Positions 40,959-51,790 are shown, counted from the stretch's first letter. The stretch: DNA of 64,000 bases from an uncultured Chloroflexia bacterium (GCA_963837825.1 CAWIOR010000015.1:390235-454234), one strand, 5' to 3'. Notes: generated by a model not told the origin, from the letters alone. Translations and numbers: made by a program.

Positions 40959-41990
40959 TCAGATCCAGCGGCGGAGCCGCGCCAGGGCCATGACCGCCCC
41001 GGCCAGGAGAGCGATCGCGGCGAGCACCAGCCAGAAGCTCACTGGATCGTCGTTGGGGAGCGGAACGACGACGTTCATGCCCAGCAGCCCGGCGACGAGC
41101 GATCCGGGCAACAGCAGGACGGTCGCCAGGGCCAGCACCTTCATGACCTCGTTCGTCCGCTGGGCGGTCCGGGTCATGAACACGTCGAACGAGCCCAGGA
41201 GCAGGTCGCGACTGTCCTCGACGCTGTCGAGCGCGCTCTCGAACCGGGCCGTCACGGCCCGGAAGCCCTCGGCCACGTCCTCCCCTGGGGCGACGGCGCC
41301 GAAATCGGCCGCCCCGAACGCGGCGAAGACCTCACGTTGATCACTCAGCACCCGACGGAGACGAGCGATCCGGCGCCTCAGGGCGACGAGATCGGCCAGC
41401 ACATCCTCGCGGCCGTGCGGGCTGAGCGCCCGGCCGTCGAGGGCGTCGACCGCGTCCTCGATCGCGTCGACGGCCTGGAAGTAGCTCGTCACGGCGGCGT
41501 CGAGAACGGATCGGACGAACGACGCCGCGTCGATCGCTCCGACGGTCGTGTCCGCCTCGATCCGTTCGTCCATCTGCTTGAGGAAGTCGATCGGGTCCGT
41601 GTGGCTGGACAGCACGATGTTCCGCGCGGCGAGCAGATCGAGCCAGCGCGGGCCCTGGGTCGGGTCCCGATCGGCCGCGGTCGCGACCCGGACGTGGAAG
41701 TACGAGCCGTGGAGGGCGAGATGTGGCCCGCCCGCCGACTGTTCGAGGTTGCGTCGCGTCCGTGGGGTGAGGCGCATCGCCCGGCCGATGGCGTCGGCCG
41801 TCTCGGCGTCCAGGCCGCCCTCGACGTCGATCCACAGGAGCTGGCGGTCGGTCAGCCGTCGTCGGAGAGCGGGCCCGAGCTGGAGCGTCCGGTCGGTCCG
41901 ATCGGCGTCGAACAGGCGGACCGTGACGGTCGCGCCGCGCTCGTTCCCTCGCCGGCTCGCTCGGTCGCCCGCGGTCGTCATGCCGGTCAC
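40959..41990 (-). CDS. corA: Magnesium/cobalt transporter CorA
   Basis: Intact 343 aa. Has a C-terminal TM pair with LLGMNVVVP (GMN motif). Confidence 0.85.
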   Translation of the reverse strand: MTGMTTAGDRASRRGNERGATVTVRLFDADRTDRTLQLGPALRRRLTDRQLLWIDVEGGLDAETADAIGRAMRLTPRTRRNLEQSAGGPHLALHGSYFHVRVATAADRDPTQGPRWLDLLAARNIVLSSHTDPIDFLKQMDERIEADTTVGAIDAASFVRSVLDAAVTSYFQAVDAIEDAVDALDGRALSPHGREDVLADLVALRRRIARLRRVLSDQREVFAAFGAADFGAVAPGEDVAEGFRAVTARFESALDSVEDSRDLLLGSFDVFMTRTAQRTNEVMKVLALATVLLLPGSLVAGLLGMNVVVPLPNDDPVSFWLVLAAIALLAGAVMALARLRRWI

Positions 41991-42154
41991 CTCCGCAGCG
42001 CCGCGCGCGCCGCCTCACCCGGGGGCAGGACGCTCACCCGCGCCGCCCCGGGACAGCCTAGTCGACCGCCCGGTCGGGCATCCTCTCCGATCGGGCGAAC
42101 GTGTTGCGGATCCATGGCAAGCGAGGGCGCCCGGGGGGTAGGCTGTCGGCCACG

Positions 42155-42661
42155 ATGACCCCGACCCGCGACGACGCGATCGCGATCCTCGATAACGGCC
42201 AGCGGGCGCTCCGGCGCCTGGCCGACCGCCTCTCGCCGGCCGACCTCGACCGGCCGCGGACCATCGGCGGCGGCGACTGGTCGGCCAAGATCCTGCTCGG
42301 CCACGTGACGGCCTGGGAGGAGCACGCCCTCGAGGCGCTCGAGGCGTGGCGGGCCGGTCGCGGAGCGGCCGTCCAGCGGGCGCTCCGCGAGCACGGGTTG
42401 AGCGCCGTCAACGCCACCTCGGCGGCGGCCGACGAGGGCAGGTCGGTCGAGCAGGTGCTCGCTCGGTCGGACGACGTCCACGCCCGGCTGATCCGGGCCC
42501 TCCGGGAGATCCCCGACGCGGGCTGGGCGGCACCACCGACCCGGCGGTCGCGCCGCTCGCTGGGCGACGCGATCGGCTCGATCCTCGGCGGACCGGCCGG
42601 CCCGTTCACGCATGCCGCCGCCCATCTGCCCGACCTCGAGCGCTTCGTCGACCCCCGATGA
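42155..42661 (+). CDS. DinB-family (mycothiol-dependent maleylpyruvate isomerase N-terminal-like) protein
   Basis: LRRLADRLSPADLDRP, WSAKILLGHVTAWEEHAL and HAAAHLPDL (His-containing helices). Confidence 0.55.
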   Translation: MTPTRDDAIAILDNGQRALRRLADRLSPADLDRPRTIGGGDWSAKILLGHVTAWEEHALEALEAWRAGRGAAVQRALREHGLSAVNATSAAADEGRSVEQVLARSDDVHARLIRALREIPDAGWAAPPTRRSRRSLGDAIGSILGGPAGPFTHAAAHLPDLERFVDPR

Positions 42662-42846
42662 CCCGGACGGACTCGCGCCCCATCCCGCCGGCCGAGCGAC
42701 CGCTCTGGGTCCACTTCTTCGACATCCGGTCCGAATCGGACATCGACGACGAGCTGATGGACCTCCTCCGCGAGGCTCGGGCGGTGGGCGACCAGGAGCA
42801 CCTCCGGCGACGGGCCCGGGTGGTCGCCGGTCCGCTCTCGGGCTAG
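42658..42846 (+). CDS. Hypothetical 62-aa protein, translationally coupled to the DinB-like gene
   Basis: The ATG overlaps the upstream TGA (ATGA). Acidic helical sequence WVHFFDIRSESDIDDELMDLLREA. No recognised family. Confidence 0.35.
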   Translation: MTRTDSRPIPPAERPLWVHFFDIRSESDIDDELMDLLREARAVGDQEHLRRRARVVAGPLSG

Positions 42847-43712
42847 GGTCGGGGGAGCGGCGGTCGGGCGACCACCGAGAACGACAGCGGGATCCGACCC
42901 CGCTCCTCCGGTCGGACGTCGGCGTGGCCGCCCCACCAATCGGTCGGGTGCTCGGTCACCCGCTCGAGGCGCAGGCCCGCCCCGAGCAGGGCCGTGAGGA
43001 TCTCGCCGAGCGTCCACGACCGAGCGAACTTCCAGGCCTGGTCGGGCTCGTCGATCGACAGCCGGTCGATGTACTCCGGCGCCCAGCCCTTCGAGGCCTC
43101 GGTCCCGCCGAAGTAGTCGTAGTCGGTCGCGACCCAGCGACCGTCGGCGTCGACGTCGAACAGCCACTCGACCGGGTGGCCCTCGAACAGGACCAGCCGG
43201 CCGTGGGGCGCAAGCAGCCGGGCGAGGACGGCCGCCCAGGCGTCGAGGTCGGCCAGCCAGATCAGGGCGCCCCGGCCGGTGTACAGCAGGTCGGCGGTCC
43301 CATCGAGCTCGTGGGGCGCGTCGAGCACGTCGGCCTCGATCCAGCGTGCCGGGGCGCCGGTCGCCTCGGTCAGCCGGCGGGCCAGCTCGAGCATCCGCGG
43401 GCTGAAGTCGATCCCGATCACCTCGTCGGCCCCGAGGTTCCAGAGCGACAGGGTGTCGCGCCCGCCGGCGCACTGGAGGTGGATCGCCCGGCGGCAGGCG
43501 CCGTGGAGATCGCCGATCAGCTCGAGCTCGGGCGGGAGGAGGTTGGTCCCGCCCGAGCGGATGAGCTCGATCGCCTCGTCCAGCCAGCGCTCGTAGCGTT
43601 CCGCCGCCTCGTCCCAGGCTTGGCGGTTCGCGGCGTGGATCCCCCGGACGTCGGCGACCTCGGCGGACGTCGCCGGCCGGATCAGCGGCGGATGCGGTTC
43701 GTCGGCAGCCAC
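42843..43712 (-). CDS. Class I SAM-dependent methyltransferase
   Basis: Intact 289 aa. Motif I-like AIHLQCAGGRD, VIGIDFSPRML and DLLYTGRGAL. Confidence 0.75.
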   Translation of the reverse strand: MAADEPHPPLIRPATSAEVADVRGIHAANRQAWDEAAERYERWLDEAIELIRSGGTNLLPPELELIGDLHGACRRAIHLQCAGGRDTLSLWNLGADEVIGIDFSPRMLELARRLTEATGAPARWIEADVLDAPHELDGTADLLYTGRGALIWLADLDAWAAVLARLLAPHGRLVLFEGHPVEWLFDVDADGRWVATDYDYFGGTEASKGWAPEYIDRLSIDEPDQAWKFARSWTLGEILTALLGAGLRLERVTEHPTDWWGGHADVRPEERGRIPLSFSVVARPPLPRP

Positions 43713-43740
43713 CCGCCGAGTCTAGTGGCGAACCGGGGGC

Positions 43741-44181
43741 TCAGGCGCGGCCGACCAGCGTCGCGCCCCACGATGCGGCCCGATCCTCCTCGCCGTCGGC
43801 CAGGGGACCCTCGCTGTGGACGATGAAGAAGCTCTCCGCCGGGGCGACCGGTCGCGCGCCATGCTGCTTCAGCGTCCGGACGATCTTCCCCGACGCGGAG
43901 CCGGTCAGCCAGGTCGGCCTGTCGAAGCGCGTGTCGAACGCGGCGACCCGCGTCCCCGGCAGCTCGGGCAGGTGGTCGAGGAAGCGGCGCATCACCGGGC
44001 TCGCCCCGTGTGCCTGGGTCGGTCCGCCGACGATCATCAGGTCGACGGTCGGGTCGACCTCCTTCGTGGAGCTGGCGGCCTCGACCCGGACCACGTGGGC
44101 CGTACCGAAGCCGGTGGCGATCGACCGGGCGATCCGCTCGGTGTTGCCGAACTTGCTGTCGTAGACGACCAGGATCTTCAT
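43741..44181 (-). CDS. Flavodoxin-family protein
   Basis: MKILVVYDSKFGNTERIARSIA and DLMIVGGPTQAHG. 146 aa from the ATG at 44181. Confidence 0.75.
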   Translation of the reverse strand: MKILVVYDSKFGNTERIARSIATGFGTAHVVRVEAASSTKEVDPTVDLMIVGGPTQAHGASPVMRRFLDHLPELPGTRVAAFDTRFDRPTWLTGSASGKIVRTLKQHGARPVAPAESFFIVHSEGPLADGEEDRAASWGATLVGRA

Positions 44182-44281
44182 GCTCAACCTCCGCCGGCAT
44201 CGTCCCGCACGGCGGTGGCTCGGCGCATCCGCCGGATGGCCCCATGTCGACGGTCGGTCGGCCCGACCCCGGGTCGCGACC

Positions 44282-47200
44282 TCAGGACGGCGCTGCGGTC
44301 GCGCTCTCGGCGGGCCTCCGCACCCGGTCGGCCTTCGCGGCCGATCGATCGACGGCCGCGTCGAGCTTGGCCACGAACGGGCGGGCGCCGACCCGCTCGA
44401 AGACGGCTCGCGCCTCCTCGACGACGGCGCGCAACTCGGGCTCCTCCGAACCGAGCAGGAGCACGGCGTCCAGCTGGACCCGGGCGACCTCGAAGTCGTA
44501 GCCGATGGCGCGGAGACGGCCGACCGCGTCGCGATAGCCGGCCAGCGCATCGTCACGGCGACCCTCGAGCGCGGCGACGCCCGCCCAGGCCGCGGCGCGT
44601 TCCGCGGTCGGCACGGTCTCCCGCGCATCGGGCGTTCGATCCAGTCGTTCGGCGGTCCGACGCGCGGCGTCGAGATCGCGGCCCCAGAGGGCCGGTCGCA
44701 TCGCCTCGCTCAGGTAGATGCTGGCCAGGCCGCCGAGCTCGGCCGCGGCGACCATCTCGCTCGATGCGTCGCCGTAGGCGTCCCGGTCCAGCGCCCGGCA
44801 ACCCTTGAGGAAGTGGAGCTGGGCCGGCGCGATCGGGTCCGAGACCTGGGCGGCGGCCAGCTCGAGACGCTCGAGGGCATGGTCCGTAGAGTCGCCCCGC
44901 GAGAACCAGATGAGCGCCATGCTCGACAGGATGTTCGCCTCCTCGGACAGGTCGCGGGCGCTCGCCAGCGCCTCGGCGGCCTCGCCCAGGACGCCGTCCC
45001 AGTCGCCCGCCATGAACCAGACCCCGGCGATGATCGACTGGATGATCCAGTTCGCCATCTGGCGGTTCCCGACCCGGCGGGCGAGCTCGTAGTTCTCGGC
45101 CTGGAGCGCTTCCGACCGGCGGGGGTCGACCGACCAGAGGATGCTCGCCAGGTTGCTTCGAGCGCGCAGCTCGGTCGACAGGTTGCCGCTCGCGTGGGCG
45201 AGCGCGATCGCCGCCTCCATCAGGGCCGTCGCCTCCCGGGACCGCCCGAGGTAGGACAGGCCCGAGCCCTTGTTGTTGAACGCATCGGCGATGACCTCGT
45301 CGAGATCGAGCCGCTCTGCCAGCGGGAGCGCCTGGTCGGCGATCTCGATGGCTCGTTCCGGGACGTCGTTCCGCATGTAGGCGCGCGACAGGTTCGTCAG
45401 CAGGCGCGCCCGGGCCTCGTCCGGCACGTCGTCGGGCAGCTCGGCGAGGGCGGCCTCGAGGATCTCCACCGCCTGTGCCGGCTCCTGGGCGTTCAGGAGG
45501 ACCGCTCCCTGGATGGCGGTCGCCCGGGCGGCCGAGGTCGCGTCTCCGGCGCGGCGGTGCTCGTCGACCGCCTGCCCGGCCAGCGTCTTGGCCGCCTCGT
45601 GGTCGGCGGCATCCGACGCGGACCGGGCGGCGCGCTCGAGCAGGGCGCCCCGCTCGGAGGGGTCGCCGGTCACCTCGACCGCCTGGCGGAGATACCCGAC
45701 CGCCTGGTCGTGGGCCCCCAGGGAAGCTGCCCGCTCGGCGGCGCCGCTGAGGGCGAGTCGTGCCTGGATCGCGACGGCGTTCGCCTCTGGGCCCTCGGCG
45801 GACGCCTCGTAGGCGGCCACGTAGTGGGTGGCCAGCGCCCCGGCCAGCTCCTCCTCGCCGAGCGCCTCGAAGAATCGGGCCACCGCCAGGTGGCGGGCCC
45901 GGCGCTCGGGGCGAGCCAGGGTCCCATAGGCGACCTCGCGGATGAGCGACTGGACGAACCCGTACTGGCCCCGTTCGGGCGACCGGGGGTCGACCTCGAG
46001 CTCGAGGAGCTCGCGCCGCATCAGGACGCGGAGGCGCGCTTCGACGTCCGCCTCGTCACGGCCGGTGACCGCGGCAAGCCCGGCCAGGGTGAACGTCTGG
46101 CCGAGGACCGCCGCGTCCTGGACCAGGCTCCGGTCGGCCGGATCGAGGGCATCGAGCCGCGAGGCGATCAGCGAGCGGAGCGTCTCGGGGATGGCCAGGT
46201 CGCCGAGGTCGCCGGTCGGCCGGTAGCTCCCGTCGACCCGCTCGAGCCGACCGTCGGCCACGAGCGCCCGGACCGTCTCGACGGCATACAGCGGCATCCC
46301 GTCGGCCCTGGCCAGGATCGCCTCGACGGCGGGCCCGGGCAGGCCGGGCACGAACCCCTCGAGCAGCGCCCGCATCGCCTCGTCGGACAGCGGCTCGAGG
46401 GCGATCGCCGTGAAGTTCCGCGAACCGACGCCCCAATCGGGGCGCCGGTCGAACAGCTCCGGTCGGGCGAGGGTGACGACGAGGATCGGCACGCCCCTCG
46501 ACCATTCGAGGAGGTGGTCGATGAAGTCGAGCAGGCCGCTGTCGGCCCACTGGAGGTCCTCGAACAGGAGGATCGTCGTCCCTCGTGCGGCGATCCGCTC
46601 GAAGAAGATCCGCCACGCCGCGAACAGCACATCGCGCCCGCCCGGCGGCGCCGGCTCGAGGCCGAGAAGGGTGAGCAGCGCCGGCTCGACCCAGCGTCGG
46701 TCGTCGTCGTCGGGGACGAACTCGGCGACCGTCGCGGCGATCCGCTCGCGGGTCGTCGGCCTCGTCGTCGGTCTCGGCCAGGCCGGCCCGCCGGCGGACC
46801 ATCTCGCCGAGCGCCCAGAACGTGATCCCGTCGCCGTAGGCGGGCGACCGGCCGCGGTGCCAGTAGACGGTCTCGACGACACCGTCGATGTACTTCTCGA
46901 GCTCCCAGGCGAGCCGGCTCTTGCCGATCCCGCCCGGGCCGGTGATCGAGACCAGTCGCGTCTTCCGATCGCGTCCCGTCGCGCTCAGCAGGTCCTTCAG
47001 CAGGCGGAGCTCCTCGTCCCGCCCGACGAACGGCGGCTCGGGCAGGTCCGCGCGGCCCTGGCCGCCCCGCTGGGCGACCACCCGCAGCGCGCGCCACGCG
47101 GGGACGGGCGCGGCCTTGCCCTTGAGCGACCTGTTCGCCCAGCTCCTCGAACGCGATCGCCTGGCTGGCGGCGCGATGGGTCGACTCCCCGACGAGGACC

Positions 47201-47850
47201 CAGCCGGGTGGAGCCACGGACTGCAGCCGGGCCGCGGTGTTGACGAGGTCGCCGGCGACCATCCCCTGGTTCGTGGCGCCGATGGTGACGGCCGCTTCGC
47301 CGGTCAGCACCCCGGCGCGAGCCTCGATACCCGATCCCAGGCCACGGACCGCGTCGACGAGGTCCAGCCCGGCGCGGACGGCCCGCTCGGCATCGTCCTC
47401 CTGCGCGGTCGGGGCACCCCAGACCGCCATGACCGCGTCGCCGATGAACTTCTCGACCGTCCCGCCGTAGCGGCCGATGACCTCGCTCGCGAGATCGAAG
47501 TAGCGGGTCAGGGTGTCGCGGACGTCCTCCGCATCGCGCTCCTCGGCGAACGGGGTGAACCCGACGAGGTCGGCGAACAGGACCGACACGAGTCGGCGCT
47601 CGGCGACCGGGCCGGGGCCGGGAGACTTGACACCACCGGGGGCGGGGGCCGGCATCGATGCCCGGACCGCGGTCGGGCCGGGGTGGAGCGGTGCCGCGCA
47701 CTCGCCGCAGAACTTGGCGTCGGCGCCGTTCGCCGCGCCGCAGCTCGGGCAGGCCACGGCCAGGCGGGCGGCGCATTCCTTGCAGAACTTGCGCCCGACC
47801 TCGTTGTCGGTCCCGCAGCTCGAGCAGATCACGTGGGCAGGCTCCGGCAC
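44282..47850 (-). pseudogene. Double-zinc-ribbon / class III adenylate-guanylate cyclase / AAA (STAND) ATPase / TPR protein (two frameshifts near 47100 and 46800 as assembled)
   Basis: CSSCGTDNEVGRKFCKECAARL...CPSCGAANGADAKFCGECAAPL. Cyclase motifs VLFADLVGFT and KFIGDAVMAVWGAP. Walker A ITGPGGIGKSRL and LLFEDLQWAD. Long helical-repeat C-terminus. Confidence 0.8.
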
Positions 47851-47928
47851 GACCCCAGCCGGCAGAGCGTAGACGAACGGCGAGGCCTCGGGAAGGACCG
47901 GCGCGAGAGATCGGTCGCCGGCGACGGC

Positions 47929-49152
47929 CTACTTGAGCGCGCTCAGGGCCTCGGTGGCGATCGCCGGATCGGAGGTCGTCACGACGACGACCGTCTCGGC
48001 CTGCTCGTAGAGGTAGTCCTTCGAGCCGCCGTCGCCGTAGTCGATGACCGTGACCTTCTTGCCACCGACCGTCGCCTGGGAGGTCGTCACGCCGGAGGCG
48101 TCGGCCGCGAGCCAGCTCTGGACGACCGCCTGGCGGAGCTGGGCCGCGGTCACACCCTTGACCCGGAACGCGATCACGTCGACGTCGACCGCAGCGGTCG
48201 CGTCGTAGGCCTCGGCGATCTCGAGATCGTCGCCGGTCTTGCCATATTTGGACAGCGCCTGGAGCAAGGCCTGGCTCGACGGATCGTCCCCGAACGCGGC
48301 CGTGCCGGTCGTGCTCTGGGTGGCCAGGGTCGTTCCGGAGATCTTGGTCGGCAGGATCGCCTCGAGCTCGGGCGAATCGTGGCTCTCGGCGATACTCGCG
48401 CTGGGCTCGTCGGTCGGGATCTCGTCGGACGGCTCGGGGCCCAGGGCATCCGATCCGGTCGGTTCGGCGGCCGGGGTCGAGGCGGCGGCGGCGGTCGACT
48501 CGGCCTCGACCATCGCGTCGTCGATCGCCTGGGCCGCCAGCTCGAGATCGGCCGGGTCGACCCCCTGCGACGCCGCGAGGCTGGCGACGAGCTGCCCGCG
48601 TCGGATGTAGACCGAGGTCGTCGTGCCCGCCGCGTCCTGGGTCGCCACCGTCTCGTCCCCGATGTCGGCGAACGGGACCTCCGTGCCGCCGACGGCGAGA
48701 TCCGAGTCGTGCGAGCGGGTCACGGCCAGGTGGCCGTCGGTCCCGAAGCAGCTGACCCGGACGTTGATGCCGGGTTGCGTGGCCTGGCCGCTGGACGGCG
48801 CCGGACCGACCAGCGACGCGCCGTAGCCGTCGGTGTAGAAGCCGCTCCCCGTGACCGTCCAGCCATCGGGCAGCGCGTCGGTCGCCGGAAGGGCATCCCA
48901 GGCGATCGCACGGCACGAGGTGTCGCTCGACGCCGACGGTCGGGTGAGCGTCACGAACAGCGCGGCCGACGCGAGCGCGACGGCGACGAGGCTGGCGATC
49001 CCGACCAGGATGAGCCCCTGCCCGGCCCGGGAGGAACCGGGCGGCTGGCGACGGCGCCGACCCCCGCCGGGGCCGACGGCTGGCTCGAGCTTCTCGCTGC
49101 CGGAGGTCATCGAACGGATCCCATCGTCAGGTCGACTCTGGGCCCGCGCCAA
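47929..49152 (-). CDS. Membrane-anchored extracytoplasmic protein of unknown function
   Basis: Intact 407-aa ORF. Arg-rich N-terminus, a single TM (GLILVGIASLVAVALASAALFVTL), and two globular regions separated by an acidic P/S/E linker. No recognised motif. Confidence 0.5.
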   Translation of the reverse strand: MARAQSRPDDGIRSMTSGSEKLEPAVGPGGGRRRRQPPGSSRAGQGLILVGIASLVAVALASAALFVTLTRPSASSDTSCRAIAWDALPATDALPDGWTVTGSGFYTDGYGASLVGPAPSSGQATQPGINVRVSCFGTDGHLAVTRSHDSDLAVGGTEVPFADIGDETVATQDAAGTTTSVYIRRGQLVASLAASQGVDPADLELAAQAIDDAMVEAESTAAAASTPAAEPTGSDALGPEPSDEIPTDEPSASIAESHDSPELEAILPTKISGTTLATQSTTGTAAFGDDPSSQALLQALSKYGKTGDDLEIAEAYDATAAVDVDVIAFRVKGVTAAQLRQAVVQSWLAADASGVTTSQATVGGKKVTVIDYGDGGSKDYLYEQAETVVVVTTSDPAIATEALSALK

Positions 49153-49183
49153 TGAGACGGTCCTGAGAGCGGCCGTGGCGGCG

Positions 49184-49469
49184 TCACGATGGTGCCACCG
49201 CGCGGCTCGCGGACTTGGTCCCGGTCGGGTTCTGGGTGGCGCAGTTCGAGCAGATCAAGCCGATGGCCCCTCGCGCAGCGGATGCACGCGTCAGCGTATC
49301 GGAATGCCGGGTCGCGCGCCGCGCTCGAGACCGGGTCGAGCTCGACGAGCGAGACGCACGAGTAGTCGATCCCATCCGGGTAGCGGATCAGGTACTCGAA
49401 CCACCAGGGGGCGACGGCGCAGCCGGCGGCCCACTCGGCCACGCGCCGCAGATCCGGCCGGTCGGGCAC
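49184..49469 (-). pseudogene. Possible small CxxC-N8-CxxC zinc-ribbon protein (needs one frame switch; weak call)
   Basis: VPDRPDLRRVAEWAAGCAVAPWWFEYLIRYPDGIDYSCVSLVELD...ADACIRCARG continues after a +1 shift as AIGLICSNCATQNPTGTK. Confidence 0.25.
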
Positions 49470-49500
49470 CCGTCGGCGCGGTGCGATAATCGGTCGGGAG

Positions 49501-50856
49501 GTGCCCGTGAACGGGCGCAAGCGACACCGTCTCGTCGGTCTGGTCCAAGCGATCGTGGTGACCGCGATCGCGCTGGCTCTGGCCGGCCCGGTCCTGGCCG
49601 ACGGTGGGCGGATCCCCGTCCTGCCGGCCACCGGCGTGGTCGACAACGTCATGGCGGGCTACCTCGAGGACGGGATCGCCCGAGCGGCGAGCAGTGGAGC
49701 GCCGGCCGTCCTCATCCGACTGAACACGCCGGGCGGCAGTCTCGACGCCACGCAGCGCATCGTCTCGGCCCTTCTCGAGGCATCCGTGCCGACCATCGTC
49801 TGGGTGGCCCCGGCCGGCGGCCGGGCGGCCAGCGCCGGCACGTTCATCACGCTCGCCGCCAACCTCGCGTTCATGGCTCCCGGCACGAACATCGGCGCGG
49901 CCTCGCCGGTCGGGGGCCAGGGCGAGGACATCACGGGCACGCTCGGCCAGAAGGTCAAGAACGACGCGATCGCGAACATCCGGTCGATCGCCGAGACGCG
50001 CGGCCGGAACGTCGACTGGGCGGTCAGCACGGTCGACACCGCCGTGAGCTCGGCGGCCTCCGAGGCGGTCGCCCTGCACGCGGTCGACGGGCTGGCCGCG
50101 ACGCTCGACGAGGTCCGGGCCGCGGCGACCGGGCGGACCGTCACCCTGAAAGACGGTCGACAGGTGGTGCTGGCCCTGTCCGGCGCGACGTTCGACGAGG
50201 AGGCGATGAACCCGTTCCAGGGCCTCCTCCATCTCCTGTCCGACCCGAACATCGCGTTCATCCTGTTCACCATCGGGTTCTACGGGCTCCTGTTCGAGCT
50301 GCAGAACCCGAACTTCGTGACCGGCATCCTCGGCGCTTTGGCGATCATCCTGGCCTTCGTCGGCTTCGGGAGCCTCCCGCTCAACCTGGCCGGCCTCCTG
50401 CTGATCGGCCTGGCGATCGTCCTGTTCGCGCTCGAGTTCACGGTCACCAGCCACGGTCTGCTCGCGGTCGGCGGGATCGTCTGCTTCGTCCTGGGAGCGT
50501 CCGCCCTGTACACGGAACCCGGCAACCCCCTCGAGCCGGCCGTCTCGGTGGCGATCCCGCTGCTCGTCGTGACGACGATCACGACCGCCGGGTTCATGAC
50601 CCTGTTCGTCGTCGCCGCCATCCGCTCACGCCGCCTGGCGATCGCCCCGGGCCTGGTCGGCGAGCGCCTCGAGGTGGGCGGGCATGCGTCCGTCCGCCGC
50701 CCGCTCACGCCGCTCGGGTCGGTCTTCGTAGCCGGCGAGGAGTGGTCCGCGCGGACCGTCGACGGCCGGCATCTCGATCGCGGGACCCCGGTCCGGGTGG
50801 TCGGGGTCGACGGCCTCGTCGCCCTCGTCGAACCCGATCCGTCAACGCCTGCGTAA
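49501..50856 (+). CDS. NfeD-family membrane-bound ClpP-class serine protease
   Basis: Intact 451 aa (an alternative GTG at 49507 has better RBS spacing). Contains LIRLNTPGGSLDAT, RAASAGTFITLAA, a central TM block and a C-terminal OB-like segment VFVAGEEWSAR. Confidence 0.85.
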   Translation: MPVNGRKRHRLVGLVQAIVVTAIALALAGPVLADGGRIPVLPATGVVDNVMAGYLEDGIARAASSGAPAVLIRLNTPGGSLDATQRIVSALLEASVPTIVWVAPAGGRAASAGTFITLAANLAFMAPGTNIGAASPVGGQGEDITGTLGQKVKNDAIANIRSIAETRGRNVDWAVSTVDTAVSSAASEAVALHAVDGLAATLDEVRAAATGRTVTLKDGRQVVLALSGATFDEEAMNPFQGLLHLLSDPNIAFILFTIGFYGLLFELQNPNFVTGILGALAIILAFVGFGSLPLNLAGLLLIGLAIVLFALEFTVTSHGLLAVGGIVCFVLGASALYTEPGNPLEPAVSVAIPLLVVTTITTAGFMTLFVVAAIRSRRLAIAPGLVGERLEVGGHASVRRPLTPLGSVFVAGEEWSARTVDGRHLDRGTPVRVVGVDGLVALVEPDPSTPA

Positions 50857-50869
50857 CAAGGAGGGAGTC

Positions 50870-51790
50870 ATGGAAAACGCTGTCACCGTCGCCGTCGGCC
50901 TGTTCGTCCTTGCCGTGGCGATCGTCGCCCTGTACCTGTCGGTCCGGGTGGTCAAGCAGTACGAGAAGCTCGTCGTCCTCCGCTTCGGACGGACGAACGA
51001 GAACCTCGTCCGCGAGCCGGGGCTCAGGTTCCTCATCCCGATCGTCGATCGGCCGGTCCGGGTCGACATCCGCGAGCAGCTCAAGGAGATCCCGACCCAG
51101 CGGACGATCACCCGTGACAACGCTCCGATCGACGTCGACGTCCTGATCTACTGGAAGATCGTCGATCCGCTCCGCAGCGTGGTCAACGCGCGGAGCTTCA
51201 ACGACATGCTCCAGGGCGTGGCCCAGACGACGCTCCGGGCGGTCATCGGCGACATCCTCCTCGACGAGGTGCTGTCCAAGCGGGAGCAGATCAACGAGCT
51301 GCTCCGGACCAAGCTCGACGAGGTCACCGAGCGGTGGGGCGGCAAGGTCACTACGGTCGAGATCCGCGAGATCACCCCGCCGCGTGAGGTCCAGGAGGCG
51401 ATGAACCGGCAGCTCTCCGCGGAGCGGACGCGACGCGCGGTCATCACCGAGTCGGAGGGTACCCGGCAGGCCGCGATCAACGTCGCGGAAGGCCAGAAGC
51501 AATCCGAGATCCTCAAGGCCGAGGGCGACCGCCAGGCGGCGATCCTGCGGGCCGAGGGGTTCGGCCAGGCGCTCACCCGGATCTTCCAGGCCGCCTCCGG
51601 GGTCGACCAGAAGACGATGTCGCTCCAGTACCTGGAGGCGCTCAAGGCGCTCGGCGCCAGCCCGGCCACGAAGTTCATCATCCCGCTCGAGTTCACCCGG
51701 CTGATCGAGCCCTTCGGCGGGTTCGTCGAGCGCGGGATGGCCGCCTCGTCGCCGACCGAAGGGTCCGCCGGCGGCGGAGCGGCGACCTAG
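50870..51790 (+). CDS. SPFH/Band 7 (stomatin-like) protein
   Basis: Intact 306 aa. RBS aaggaggg. Contains VVKQYEKLVVLRFGR, DIREQ...TRDNAPIDVDVLIYWKIVDP and VEIREITPP. Confidence 0.9.
   Translation: MENAVTVAVGLFVLAVAIVALYLSVRVVKQYEKLVVLRFGRTNENLVREPGLRFLIPIVDRPVRVDIREQLKEIPTQRTITRDNAPIDVDVLIYWKIVDPLRSVVNARSFNDMLQGVAQTTLRAVIGDILLDEVLSKREQINELLRTKLDEVTERWGGKVTTVEIREITPPREVQEAMNRQLSAERTRRAVITESEGTRQAAINVAEGQKQSEILKAEGDRQAAILRAEGFGQALTRIFQAASGVDQKTMSLQYLEALKALGASPATKFIIPLEFTRLIEPFGGFVERGMAASSPTEGSAGGGAAT

Noticed and set aside
49501-51790. The NfeD protease and SPFH/stomatin pair as a candidate novel system.
   Set aside because: This two-gene operon is widespread and well described. Nothing in the sequence here departs from the standard arrangement.
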